Part shown: one piece after another, positions 8,713-18,011 of the stretch
Layout of the letters: each line of letters begins with the position of its first letter
How positions within the stretch are numbered: the first letter of the stretch is position 1
Notes under the pieces: model-generated
The model's input: only the letters and a program-made list of their open reading frames with translations
The model's database searches: none
What the model was told of the DNA's origin: nothing
From: Solirubrobacterales bacterium
GTDB taxonomy: Bacteria > Actinomycetota > Thermoleophilia > Solirubrobacterales > 70-9
DNA length: 64,000 nt
NCBI GenBank assembly: GCA_036494495.1
Contig: DASXOF010000133.1
Coordinates: 3,315-67,314 of the forward strand
Direction of reading: 5' to 3'
Made by a program: the position numbers and the translations under genes

Positions 8713-9306
8713 TTAGCGGGGAGCCCGGGCGGGTGGCGAGATCAGGGCGTCGATCGCCGGCTGCAGGGCCGCGAGGACGTCGCCGCGCTCGGCCCCGGCG
8801 AGCGCCTCGAGGGTCCCGTTGGCGCGGGTCATCGCCACCCCGACCGCGATCGCGACCAAGAGCTCGGCCCGCATCTCGCAGTCGGCGACGCCGCGCCGCT
8901 CGAGCTCGGCGCCGAGCTTGAGCCGCAGCCGCTCGCGGACCACGGTCGCCACCTGCTGGCGCATCTCCTCGCTGAGGCCGAGGCTGGCCAGGGCGCGGCT
9001 GAGCGGGTTGTGGCCGTGCTCGTCCCAGCGCTCGAGCAGGAAGGCGACCAGCGTCTCGGCTTCGACGTCATATTCGACCTCGGCCTCGGCGGCGGCGATC
9101 GAGGCGAGGAAGAGACCTTCCTTGGAGTTGAAGTAGCGGGCGATCAGGGCCGGGTCGACCCCGGCCCGCTCGCCGATCTCGCGGGTCGTCGCGAGCTCGT
9201 AGCCGAGCTCGTCGAAGGCCGACCTGGCGGCGCGCAGGAGGGCGGCGCGAGTGGCGTCGGAATCCCGCGATCGCCGCGTGCTAAGTTTGTCAGCGGTTGA
9301 TGACAT
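8713..9306 (-). CDS. TetR/AcrR family transcriptional regulator
   Basis: The N-terminal HTH reads TRAALLRAARSAFDELGYELATTREIGERAGVDPALIARYFNSKEGL. Confidence 0.88.
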   Translation of the reverse strand: MSSTADKLSTRRSRDSDATRAALLRAARSAFDELGYELATTREIGERAGVDPALIARYFNSKEGLFLASIAAAEAEVEYDVEAETLVAFLLERWDEHGHNPLSRALASLGLSEEMRQQVATVVRERLRLKLGAELERRGVADCEMRAELLVAIAVGVAMTRANGTLEALAGAERGDVLAALQPAIDALISPPARAPR

Positions 9307-9359
9307 CGCTTGGTGACAGTATCACTGAAGATATCCGCCGGCTGGGAACCGACGCGTAA

Positions 9360-9839
9360 ATGGGCTGCTACCACAAGATCCTCGTCGCGCTCGACGGCTC
9401 GCCCGATGCCGAGTCGGCGCTGATGCACGCGATCTCGCTGGCCCGCGACCAGAACGCCCGCATCACCCTGCTGACGGTCGGGCCGACCGTCAACCGCAGC
9501 GCCGCGGTCGGCACCGCGCCGCCGCCCGACCTGATCGAGGTCCACCAGGAGATCCTCCGCGACGCCACCGACCTGATCCCCCACGACATCGGCGTCACAA
9601 CCCGGCTCGAGCGCGGCGACGCCGCCGCCACGATCCTCCGCGTCGCGCGCGAGGAGGAAGACGACCTGATCGTGATGGGCTCCCACGGCCACAGCCGCAT
9701 CCACCGCGCCCTGCTCGGCTCGATCTCCCAGCGCATCCTCGCCCAGAGCCAGATCCCGGTGCTGCTGATGCGTGGCAATGGCTGCGGGGAATCAGCCCCC
9801 GCCGAGGAACCCGCACGAGCTGAGGCCGCCGGCGCCTGA
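9360..9839 (+). CDS. universal stress protein
   Basis: The product carries KILVALDGSPDAESAL...DLIVMGSHGHSRIHRALLGSISQRILAQSQIPVLL. It is divergent from the TetR gene. Confidence 0.85.
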   Translation: MGCYHKILVALDGSPDAESALMHAISLARDQNARITLLTVGPTVNRSAAVGTAPPPDLIEVHQEILRDATDLIPHDIGVTTRLERGDAAATILRVAREEEDDLIVMGSHGHSRIHRALLGSISQRILAQSQIPVLLMRGNGCGESAPAEEPARAEAAGA

Positions 9840-9849
9840 CGGCCCTCCC

Positions 9850-11415
9850 CTAACCCCCGAGGCGGAAGGCGACCAAGGCCGGTTTCTGACCTTCGGCGAC
9901 GGCGATCCCGGCCGGCACCAGCAGGGTGTCGCCGTCGACAGCGAGGCCGGTGTTCGAACCGGCCGGCAGGCTCCCCGACCAGACTTCGCCGCCGGTCTTG
10001 GCGTCGAGGCCGCGGACCGTGCCTTCGAAGCTGCTGACGAAGACCATGTCGTTGACCGCGGTCGGGGCGCCGTAGACCGGCGTCGGCGAGTGCTGCTGCC
10101 ACTCGACCTTGCCGGTCGCGAGGTCGAGCGCGACCAGTTCGCCGGTGTTTTCCGAGCCCTGGCCGAGCTCGGTTCCAGAGGCGAGCTGCAGCGGGTCGTT
10201 GACGACCGGCACGAACAGCGTCGTCTCGTTCGCCGCCATCGGCGCGATCACGCCGCCGAGGATCCCCGGGTAGACCGTCCCCAGCTTGATCTTCGAGTAT
10301 TCGCCGCGCATCGCGTGGAGCGAGTCTTCGTCGTGGCCGTTGTGCTTGCCGACCGGCGTCTTCCAGACCGGCTTGCCGGTCTTGGCGTCGACGGCGACGA
10401 CCATCCCCGACTTGCCGGCCCCGATCGCCAGCTCCCGGCCGCCGGCGCTGGCCAGGATCGGCGGGTCCTGGAGGTCCCAGTCGTAGATGTCGTGCGGGGT
10501 CTGCTGGTAGAACCAGTCGAGCTTGCCGGTCTTGGCGTCGAGCTTGACGATCGAGTCGGTGTAGAGGTTCGGGCCGGGGCGGCTCGAGCCCCAGGGATGG
10601 CTGCCCTCGCCCGGGAACGGCACCGGGTTGCCGACCCCGAAGTACATCCCGCCTTCGCCGTCGAAGGAGGGCGAGTACCAGAGGCCGCCGCCGGCGTTGA
10701 CCGCCTTGTTGCCCCAGAGCGATTTCGGCACGGTGTCGAAGTGCCAGGCTTTCCTGCCGGTCTTGGCGTCGAGGGCCCACAGCGTCCCGACCCCGCCCGA
10801 GGGATATTCGGAGCGGACGTTGGTCGGCACGGTCGAGACGTAGACCAGCCCTTCGTGGTAGCCGGGGGCCATGTCGATCGCTTCGGTCGAGCCGTCGGCG
10901 AGGTGCACCGACCACAGCTCTTCGCCCGTTTCGCGGTCGAGGGCGAAGGCCTTGGTCGGGGTCGCGCCGAAGACCGCTTCGCCGCCGACCGTCACCCCGT
11001 TCGGGCCCTGGTCGGGTTCGGAGTACTGCTTCGCCCAGAGGACCTTGCCGGTCTCGACTTCCACCGCCTGCACATTCGACTCGAGGTCCTGGACGTAGGC
11101 GACGCCGCCGGCGATCACCGGGGTCGCCGAGATCGCCCCGTAGGAGCTTTCCGCGGTCAGCGGCAGCGACCACGCTTCTTTCAGCTTGCCGGCATTGGCG
11201 CGTTCGATTTCGGCTTCGGGGTTGCGGGTGTTCGCCAGGTCGGTGCCGGGATAGGCGTCGCCGCTGAAGCTGACGTCGCCCGAGCCCGAACTCGAACCGG
11301 ACCCGCCGCCGGTGCCAGAACCTCCACCAGTGCCCGAGTCGCCGCCGCCACACCCCGCCGCAAACGCCAGCACCAGCACGATCGCGATCGCCCCCACCGC
11401 GTGGATCACCCGCAT
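9850..11415 (-). CDS. PQQ-repeat beta-propeller lipoprotein (PQQ-dependent dehydrogenase-like)
   Basis: The lipobox is LAFAAGC, followed by a Gly/Ser linker. Repeated motifs include LDAKTGK..W and the sequence HDIYDWD. A strong SD (GGAGGA) sits 19 nt after the upstream gene's stop. Confidence 0.75.
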   Translation of the reverse strand: MRVIHAVGAIAIVLVLAFAAGCGGGDSGTGGGSGTGGGSGSSSGSGDVSFSGDAYPGTDLANTRNPEAEIERANAGKLKEAWSLPLTAESSYGAISATPVIAGGVAYVQDLESNVQAVEVETGKVLWAKQYSEPDQGPNGVTVGGEAVFGATPTKAFALDRETGEELWSVHLADGSTEAIDMAPGYHEGLVYVSTVPTNVRSEYPSGGVGTLWALDAKTGRKAWHFDTVPKSLWGNKAVNAGGGLWYSPSFDGEGGMYFGVGNPVPFPGEGSHPWGSSRPGPNLYTDSIVKLDAKTGKLDWFYQQTPHDIYDWDLQDPPILASAGGRELAIGAGKSGMVVAVDAKTGKPVWKTPVGKHNGHDEDSLHAMRGEYSKIKLGTVYPGILGGVIAPMAANETTLFVPVVNDPLQLASGTELGQGSENTGELVALDLATGKVEWQQHSPTPVYGAPTAVNDMVFVSSFEGTVRGLDAKTGGEVWSGSLPAGSNTGLAVDGDTLLVPAGIAVAEGQKPALVAFRLGG

Positions 11416-11434
11416 GCTTCCTCCGATCTCGGTT

Positions 11435-12796
11435 TCAACCTGACTCCGCCGTCACTGCAAGTCGCTCCCCGGCGAGCTCCGGCAGCAGCGGCTGCAGGAC
11501 CCGGTTGGCGGTCAGCCCGAGGCAGCCGAGGTTGGCGAACCCCGGCCCCTGGCTGAGGCCGCCGAGGCCGGGGATGTGAAGTCGCGGCGAGAGGCCGCGC
11601 AGCTCCAGCGCCCGGCCGATCGGGACCTCGGTCCCCGGCGGCGTGTCCCAGACCTGACCGGCCTCGCGCTCGACCACGGCCCGGACCTCGTCGGAGAAGA
11701 GGCTGCGCAGCTGCGCCAGCAGGTCGAAGCCGGTGCAGTTGACGACGTAGTCGAACTCGGCCGCCACCACCCCGCCCGGCGCCTCGTACTCGAGGCTGAG
11801 CGCCTCACCGCTCGCGGCGAGGCCGGCGTGGAGGGCGCGGCCGACCTCGAACGAGGAGTGCCCGTCGCCCGACAGCGAGGCGATCACGCCGGCGTCGAAG
11901 ACGCCGCGGTCGGCGTGCTTGACGAAGTCGCGGCGGGCCTGCTGGTCGAGCCGTTCCCAGCTGACGTCGTCGGGGTCGGCGAAGACCCGGTTCTCGAGGA
12001 AGCTCTCGCCGCGGCTCATCGGCAGGAGCGGCGTGAAGACGGTGAGACTTGCGAGCGGCCGGAAGGCGCGGAGGAAGACGAGGGCGCTGAGGGCGCTCTC
12101 GCCGCCGCCGAGGATCGCGATCTCGACCTCCTCGTCCTCGGCGATGCCGGCGAACTCCGAGCGGCGGCTGTCGCAGTGGAAGAGCCGCGGCGCCGCCGCC
12201 GGGTCGTGCGGCAGGGCGCGGTGGACGCCCGGGCCGGTCAGCAGCAGGGCGCCGCCGACGTGGCGCTCGGGGTCGTCGGGCTGGCCGCGCTCGGTCACCG
12301 CGATCGCCCAACGCTCGGGGTCGTCTTCGATCGTCACCGACTCGACCCGGCCGTGCAGCAGCCGCACCCCCTCGGTTGCGCGCTCGAGCACCCAGCTCAG
12401 ATAGGCGCCGTAGTCGCGGTGGCGGACCGAGGGCGCGCCGGAGTTGACCCAGCCGGCGTACTCGCCGCGTTCGATCGCGTAGCGCTGCCAGCTGAACGGC
12501 AGGAGCGCCGCGTCGATCGCGTCGCCGGCGGCGCCGAACTGCCGGTAGCTGCGGTACGGGAAGCCGACGTCCTTGATCGGCGGGATCGCCAGCGGCTCCT
12601 CGCCGGAGGTCATCCCGTTGCGGCCGAGCCAGGACGCGGCGGGCTCGGTTTTCTCGACGATCGTCAGCGTCAGCTGGCCGAGGCCGAGCCGGTTGACGAC
12701 GTGGACCTTGGCGGCGATCGCCGCCGCCTTGGCGCCGGCGCCGACAATCAGGAGGTCGGCTTCCGGCGGCGCCTCCGTCTGGCTTGCGGTGCTCAT
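11435..12796 (-). CDS. FAD/NAD(P)-binding monooxygenase (lysine/ornithine N-monooxygenase-like, tentative)
   Basis: Two dinucleotide-fold motifs are present (LLIVGAGAKAAA and IAILGGGESALSA). ATG 12796 overlaps the P450 stop (ATGA). Confidence 0.6.
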   Translation of the reverse strand: MSTASQTEAPPEADLLIVGAGAKAAAIAAKVHVVNRLGLGQLTLTIVEKTEPAASWLGRNGMTSGEEPLAIPPIKDVGFPYRSYRQFGAAGDAIDAALLPFSWQRYAIERGEYAGWVNSGAPSVRHRDYGAYLSWVLERATEGVRLLHGRVESVTIEDDPERWAIAVTERGQPDDPERHVGGALLLTGPGVHRALPHDPAAAPRLFHCDSRRSEFAGIAEDEEVEIAILGGGESALSALVFLRAFRPLASLTVFTPLLPMSRGESFLENRVFADPDDVSWERLDQQARRDFVKHADRGVFDAGVIASLSGDGHSSFEVGRALHAGLAASGEALSLEYEAPGGVVAAEFDYVVNCTGFDLLAQLRSLFSDEVRAVVEREAGQVWDTPPGTEVPIGRALELRGLSPRLHIPGLGGLSQGPGFANLGCLGLTANRVLQPLLPELAGERLAVTAESG

Positions 12797-14085
12797 CAGG
12801 CGACCGGTTCGGCGATCACCAGGCCGCGCCTGGCGGGCGCGAAGGAGATCGCGGATTTCTTGATCGCCTCGCCGCGCCGCTCGGCCGGTTCGAGGCGGAC
12901 GCTCGCGAGCACCGTGCGGATCACCCGCTTCATCTCCATTTCCGCGTAGGAGGCGGCGAGGCAGCGGCGGACGCCGCCGCCGAAGGGGATCCAGGTGTAG
13001 GTGCCGGGCGGCGTCGCGAGGAAGCGCTCGGGGAGGAAGCGGAGCGGTTCGGCATAGTTCGCCGGGTCGCGGTGGACGAGGTGGATGCAGGGCGCGACCG
13101 TGGTCCCCGCCGGCAGCTCGCGGCCGGCCAGCCGCAGCGGCGCCAGCAGCCGGCGGACCACCACCGGCACCGGCGGCCGCAGCCGCAGCGTCTCCTTGAT
13201 CACCGCGTCGAGGTAGGCGTCGCCCTCGCCCGCCAGCACCTCCTCGCGGGTCCGGGCGAGCACGTCGGGGTTGCGCAGCAGCCGCTCGAAGGCCCAGGCG
13301 AGGGTGCTCGAGGTCGGGCCGTCGGAGAGCAGCGTCACCAGTTCGTCGCGCAGGTCGCGCTCGCTCATCGGCGAGCCGTCCTCGTAGCGGGCGCGGACCA
13401 GCATCGAGACCACGTCGCGGGGCTCCTCCTCGGGCTCGGCGCGGCGGCGGCGCGCCTCGGCGATCACCGCTTCCTCGACCGGCCGCATCGCCTCCCGGTA
13501 GCCGCGGCTGCGGGTCATCGCGCCGGGGCCGAAGGCGGCGAGCAGGGCGAGGTTGCGGGGGCTGTTGAGCCAGGCGGTGAGGCGGCGCAGGCGCTCGCGC
13601 AGGCCGTCGAGGCGGCGGTTCTCGCCGGAGCCGAAGACCGCCCGCATCACCACCTCCTGGGTGATCTCCTGCATCCGCGGCCAGAGCTCGAACGGCTCCC
13701 CCACCGGCCAGCGCTCGACTTCCTGCCGCGCCACCGTCGCCATCATCTCGGCGTCGGCCTGGACCGCGCCGCCGTGGAAGGAGGGCAGCATCAGCTTGCG
13801 CCGCTGCAGGTGCTCGGGTTCTTCCATCAGCATCACCGAGCGCGGGCCGAGGACCGGCCCCAGCAGCGGGTTGGCGAGGTCGACGCCGACCGCCTCGCCG
13901 GCGGTGAAGACGGCTTTGACGTCGGCCGGGTCGCTGAGGATCACCCAGTCGCCCCAGTGCATGATCCGCAGCGTGAAGGCGTCGCCGTACCGCCTGTGGC
14001 AGCGCTCCAGATAGGGCAGCGGCCGTTGCGTCCAGGCGACCGCCTGCATCGCCCGCGGCAGCCGCGGGCCGGGTGGCATGCTCAC
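12796..14085 (-). CDS. cytochrome P450
   Basis: The heme-thiolate loop is FGGGVRRCLAASYA and the ExxR motif is in KETLRLRPP. GTG 14085 overlaps the upstream stop; the alternative start is ATG 14079. Confidence 0.9.
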   Translation of the reverse strand: MSMPPGPRLPRAMQAVAWTQRPLPYLERCHRRYGDAFTLRIMHWGDWVILSDPADVKAVFTAGEAVGVDLANPLLGPVLGPRSVMLMEEPEHLQRRKLMLPSFHGGAVQADAEMMATVARQEVERWPVGEPFELWPRMQEITQEVVMRAVFGSGENRRLDGLRERLRRLTAWLNSPRNLALLAAFGPGAMTRSRGYREAMRPVEEAVIAEARRRRAEPEEEPRDVVSMLVRARYEDGSPMSERDLRDELVTLLSDGPTSSTLAWAFERLLRNPDVLARTREEVLAGEGDAYLDAVIKETLRLRPPVPVVVRRLLAPLRLAGRELPAGTTVAPCIHLVHRDPANYAEPLRFLPERFLATPPGTYTWIPFGGGVRRCLAASYAEMEMKRVIRTVLASVRLEPAERRGEAIKKSAISFAPARRGLVIAEPVA

Positions 14086-14405
14086 GCCGCCCGCTCCCGG
14101 CCCAGCCGGCGTTCGCGCTCGAGCCGGTCCATCAGCTCGTCCTCGGCCCGGCAGGTGGCGGCGATCAGCAGCTCGAAGAGGTTGGCGGTGAAGTCCGCCG
14201 GCAGCTCGACCGCGGCGCCGCGGTCGAGGTAGCGCCGGCGCACGACCTCGACCCGGTCGGGCTGCATCATCGCGATCTCGTGCTCGCTCTTGTAGACGGC
14301 GACTTCGCGGCAGATCTGGAAGCGCTCGCCGAGCAGGCGGGCGACCTCCTCGTCGATCACGTCGAGGCGGTCGCGGAACGGCTGCAGGCCGCCGGTCTCG
14401 CTCAT
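14082..14405 (-). CDS. AroQ-class chorismate mutase-like protein (candidate 4-amino-4-deoxychorismate mutase)
   Basis: The 107-aa product reads MSETGGLQPFRDRLDVIDEEVARLLGERFQICREVAVYKSEH...QPDRVEVV. ATG 14405 overlaps the upstream stop. Confidence 0.75.
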   Translation of the reverse strand: MSETGGLQPFRDRLDVIDEEVARLLGERFQICREVAVYKSEHEIAMMQPDRVEVVRRRYLDRGAAVELPADFTANLFELLIAATCRAEDELMDRLERERRLGRERAA

Positions 14406-15385
14406 GCCGCCTCCCCGAGCAGGCCGGAGGCGAAGGAGTGGGCGCAGGCGGCGAGCGCGTCGACCGCGTAGCCGCCCTCCTGGACGACGCAGACCGGCCG
14501 CTCGCAGGCGGCGAGCAGGGCGCCGATCCGGGTGAAGACCTCGGGCTCGAGGCCCCAGTTGCCGTGCGGGTCGCCGCGCACGGTGTCGTAGCCGAGCGAG
14601 ACGACCAGCGCCGCCACCGAGGCGGACAGCGCCTCGACCGAGGCGGCGACCTCGGCGACGTAGGCGTCGGCGTCCGGCGCCTGGTCGAAGGCCAGCGCCC
14701 GTTCGCCCGGCAGCCGCGGCAGCTCGGTGCCGGCGGGGACGTTGGTGACCGGCGCCGCGTGCAGCGAGTGCAGGGTGGCGAGCGGGCCGTCGCCGTTCCG
14801 CTCCGGCAGGCGCTCCAGCAGGGCCGAGGTGCCGTTCGGGTAGTGGAGGTCGAGGTCGAGGACGCCGATCGGCCGCAGGCCGCCGTCGAGCAGGGTCCGC
14901 ACCGCCGCGGCGGCGTTGTTCAGGTAGCAGTAGCCGGCGTGGAAGGCGGGGCCGGCGTGGTGGCCGGGCGGGCGGCAGATGGCATAGGTGAACTCGGCCC
15001 CGGCGAGGGTCCGCTGGGCGGCGCTGATCGCGGTCCGCACCCCCTCGCGGGCGGCGGCGACGAGGCCGGCGTTGATCGGGATGTCGGGCTCGAGGCCGGG
15101 CGGCGCGAACTCCGCCATCACCACCGGCTCCTCGCCCTCGAGCCGTTCGAGCGCCGCCAGGTAGTGGGGCTCGTGCAGGGCGCCGAGGGTGCGGGCGACG
15201 GTGGCGTCGGCGGCGTCGGCATCGAGGGCGCGGACGCCGCGATGGCGGACCAGGCCGGCGCGGAGCGCGATCAGCCGCGCGTCGCTGTCCTGCCCCGGCA
15301 GCCGCTCCACTCCTTCGCGCACCCAGAGCGAGGCGCCGCCGCGGCCGGCCTGGCGCCGCTGCTCGATGATCACCAGTTCGCTCAC
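14402..15385 (-). CDS. histone-deacetylase/acetylpolyamine-amidohydrolase family deacetylase
   Basis: Motifs present are RPPGHHA, DLDLHYPNGT and QEGGY. GTG 15385 overlaps the GNAT stop (GTGA). Confidence 0.8.
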   Translation of the reverse strand: MSELVIIEQRRQAGRGGASLWVREGVERLPGQDSDARLIALRAGLVRHRGVRALDADAADATVARTLGALHEPHYLAALERLEGEEPVVMAEFAPPGLEPDIPINAGLVAAAREGVRTAISAAQRTLAGAEFTYAICRPPGHHAGPAFHAGYCYLNNAAAAVRTLLDGGLRPIGVLDLDLHYPNGTSALLERLPERNGDGPLATLHSLHAAPVTNVPAGTELPRLPGERALAFDQAPDADAYVAEVAASVEALSASVAALVVSLGYDTVRGDPHGNWGLEPEVFTRIGALLAACERPVCVVQEGGYAVDALAACAHSFASGLLGEAA

Positions 15386-15855
15386 GCCGCCGCCCCGTTC
15401 GTGCCGAGCAGCAGGCGCATGCGCGGACCGAGGTGCTCGAAGCCGGCGCCGCGGTAGAAGGCCTCGGTCTGATCGAGGGCGGCGAAGCCCTCGCGCGGCA
15501 GACCGACCTCGAGCCGCGCCACCCCCTGCTCGCGGGCGCGGTCGGCCAGCGCCGCGACCAGCTCGGCGCCGATCCCGCGGCTGCGCCACGCGGGGTCGAC
15601 CCAGAGGTCCTGGATCGTCGCGTAGCGGCCGGGGACGTGGATCGCCCGCTGCCAGGAGGCGGCAAGGACGCCGACGATCGCGCCGTCCTCCTCCGCCACC
15701 AGCAGCTCCCCCACGCCCTGCCCGTCGATCAGCGCCGCCACCTCGGCCTCGAGCTCGGCCGCCTGCGGCCGCCGCCCGCCCAGCTCCTCGAGCAGCGCCC
15801 CGACGCCGGCGGCTACCGCGTCGGCGTCCGCGCCCGTCGCCGGCCGCACGCTCAC
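15382..15855 (-). CDS. GNAT family N-acetyltransferase
   Basis: The 157-aa product has an acetyl-CoA binding-type segment (WRSRGIGAELVAAL). GTG 15855 overlaps the PabAB stop. Confidence 0.8.
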   Translation of the reverse strand: MSVRPATGADADAVAAGVGALLEELGGRRPQAAELEAEVAALIDGQGVGELLVAEEDGAIVGVLAASWQRAIHVPGRYATIQDLWVDPAWRSRGIGAELVAALADRAREQGVARLEVGLPREGFAALDQTEAFYRGAGFEHLGPRMRLLLGTNGAAA

Positions 15856-18011
15856 GCCGCCGCCTCCAGCGGCTCGAGCTCGACGCTCCAGGCGGTGCCC
15901 TGCTCGGCGGAGCCGGTCACCGCCTCGGCGATCGCGGACATCGGCGCCCGCGCCTTCAGCAGGATCTCGTCGAACTCCTCCTCGGGGTCCGACTGCATCA
16001 CGATCGCGCCGCCGGCGCCGATCGTCGTCCGCCCCGGCCGCATCACGATCGTCCGGATCACGATCGAGAGGTCGGTGGCGCCGTCGAGCCCGAAGTAGCC
16101 GATCGCCCCCGAGTAGACGCCGCGCGCCTCGGCCTCGAGGTCGTCGATGATCTCCATCGTCCGCTCCTTCGGCGCCCCGGTCATCGAGCCGCCCGGGAAG
16201 CAGGCGCGGACGCACTCGGCGGCGCTGCGGTGGCGCTCGAGCCGGCCGGTGATCGTCGAGACCACCTGGTGGACGGTCGCGTAGGGCTCGACCACCATCA
16301 GGTCGGGGACGCGGACGCTGTCGATCTCGCAGACCCGGCCGAGGTCGTTGCGCAGCAGGTCGACGATCATCAGGTGCTCGGCCCGGGTCTTTTCGTCGGC
16401 GGCCAGCTCGCGGCGGCGGGCCTCGTCCTCGGCCGGGTCCTCGGCGCGCGAGATCGTCCCCTTGATCGGGCGGGCCTGGACGGTGCGGTCGCGGCCGACC
16501 GAGAGGAAGCGCTCCGGCGAGGAGCTGACGATCGCCCGCTCGCCGAAGCGCAGGAAGGCGGCGAACGGGGCGGGGTTGGCACGGCGCAGGCGTCGGTAGA
16601 GCGCGAACGGGTCGGGGCTCGCGTCGGTCGAGATCTGGTCGGTCAGGCAGACCTCGTAGGACTCCCCAGCGGCCAGTTCTTCCTGGCTGCGGACGATGTC
16701 GGCGAGGTAGCGCTCGCGGCCGCGGCCGCAGCGGAAGGAGACGTGGGCGCCGGGCTCGGCCGGCGGGGCCAGCGGCGCCTCCGGCGGCGGCGCGGCGATC
16801 CACATCTCGACCAGCTCGCAGGTCTCGGCGAACCAGCGCTCGGCCTCGGGGTCCTGCTCGCGGGCGAGGGCGAAGACGTGGCTGCGGCGACTGGCGTGGT
16901 CGACCGCGACCACCCGGTTGGCGAGCATCAGCATCGCGTCGGGGAGGTCGGAGCGGTGCTGGTTGACGGCGCCGCAGTCGGCCTTCAGCTCGTAGCCGAG
17001 GTAGCCGACGTAGCCGCCGACGAGGCCCTTGGCGATCTCGGGCGGCGCCTCGAGGCGGTTGCGGGCGAGCTCGCGGTCGAGCAGGTCGAAGATCGAGCCG
17101 CGCTCCTCGAGCTCGCGGCCGCCGCGCCGCACCCGCGTCCGCTTCTCCTCGACGTCGTATTCGAGCAGCGCCTGGCCACGGCCGGCGCTGGTCCCCATGT
17201 AGGAGGCCTGGGCGAGCCAGGTCGGGGCGTCGGCGCTGTCGAGCCAAAAGCTCGACTCGGCCGCGGCGAAGAGCCGTTCGTAGAGCTGCTCGGGCGGGGC
17301 CTCGCCCTCGAAGCTGCGTGCCATCAGCCGCAGGCGCCCGTCGGCCCTGGGAGTCGACGGGTCGGGGACCGAGGCCTGGGGCCGGTCCTCCTCCCGCCAC
17401 CGACGGGCGGCCCTGCGACTGCGGCTCGCGAGGAAGTCGTCTGCGAGCGAGTAGAAGTTCTCGGCGATCGCGCGGCCGTGCTCGGTGGCGATCGACTCGG
17501 GGTGGAACTGGACGCCCCACATCGGCCGCTCGGAGTGCTCGATCCCCATCACCACGCCGTCGTCGGCCCAGGCGGTCTCGTGGCCCTGCGGGCCCATCGG
17601 GCTGGTGATCGCGAGCGAGTGGTATCGGACCACCGAGAAGTCCTGCGGCAGGCCGGCGAAGAGGCCGGTGCCGTCGTGGCGGACGCGGCTGAGGCGGCCG
17701 TGCATCGCCATCGGCGCGCGGCTGACGCCGCCGCGCAGGAGGTTGCCGATCCCCTGGTGGCCGAGGCAGATCCCGAGCACCGGGATCTCGCTGTAGCGGA
17801 GGATGTCGCGGCAGACGCCGAAGTCGTGCCAGCGTTCGGGCCGGCCGGGGCCGGGCGAGAGGACGATCGCGTCGAAGTCCGAGCGCGAGAGCACGCGCCA
17901 GCTGACCGCGTCGTTGTTGACCACGACCGGGGCCTCGCCGGAGGCGGCGGCCAGCAGGTGGAAGACGTTGTAGGAGTATGAGTCGTGGTTGTCGACCAGG
18001 AGCGTCCTCAT
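15852..18011 (-). CDS. pabAB: fused glutamine amidotransferase / aminodeoxychorismate synthase (PabA-PabB fusion)
   Basis: ATG 18011 begins MRTLLVDNHDSYSYNV. The GATase motifs are GICLGHQ and FHPES. The PabB-type motifs are RPIKGT (Lys, not the Ala of TrpE) and FPGGSMTGAPK. The N-terminal 570 codons of track ORF 15852..19721 are an artefact. Confidence 0.9.
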   Translation of the reverse strand: MRTLLVDNHDSYSYNVFHLLAAASGEAPVVVNNDAVSWRVLSRSDFDAIVLSPGPGRPERWHDFGVCRDILRYSEIPVLGICLGHQGIGNLLRGGVSRAPMAMHGRLSRVRHDGTGLFAGLPQDFSVVRYHSLAITSPMGPQGHETAWADDGVVMGIEHSERPMWGVQFHPESIATEHGRAIAENFYSLADDFLASRSRRAARRWREEDRPQASVPDPSTPRADGRLRLMARSFEGEAPPEQLYERLFAAAESSFWLDSADAPTWLAQASYMGTSAGRGQALLEYDVEEKRTRVRRGGRELEERGSIFDLLDRELARNRLEAPPEIAKGLVGGYVGYLGYELKADCGAVNQHRSDLPDAMLMLANRVVAVDHASRRSHVFALAREQDPEAERWFAETCELVEMWIAAPPPEAPLAPPAEPGAHVSFRCGRGRERYLADIVRSQEELAAGESYEVCLTDQISTDASPDPFALYRRLRRANPAPFAAFLRFGERAIVSSSPERFLSVGRDRTVQARPIKGTISRAEDPAEDEARRRELAADEKTRAEHLMIVDLLRNDLGRVCEIDSVRVPDLMVVEPYATVHQVVSTITGRLERHRSAAECVRACFPGGSMTGAPKERTMEIIDDLEAEARGVYSGAIGYFGLDGATDLSIVIRTIVMRPGRTTIGAGGAIVMQSDPEEEFDEILLKARAPMSAIAEAVTGSAEQGTAWSVELEPLEAAA

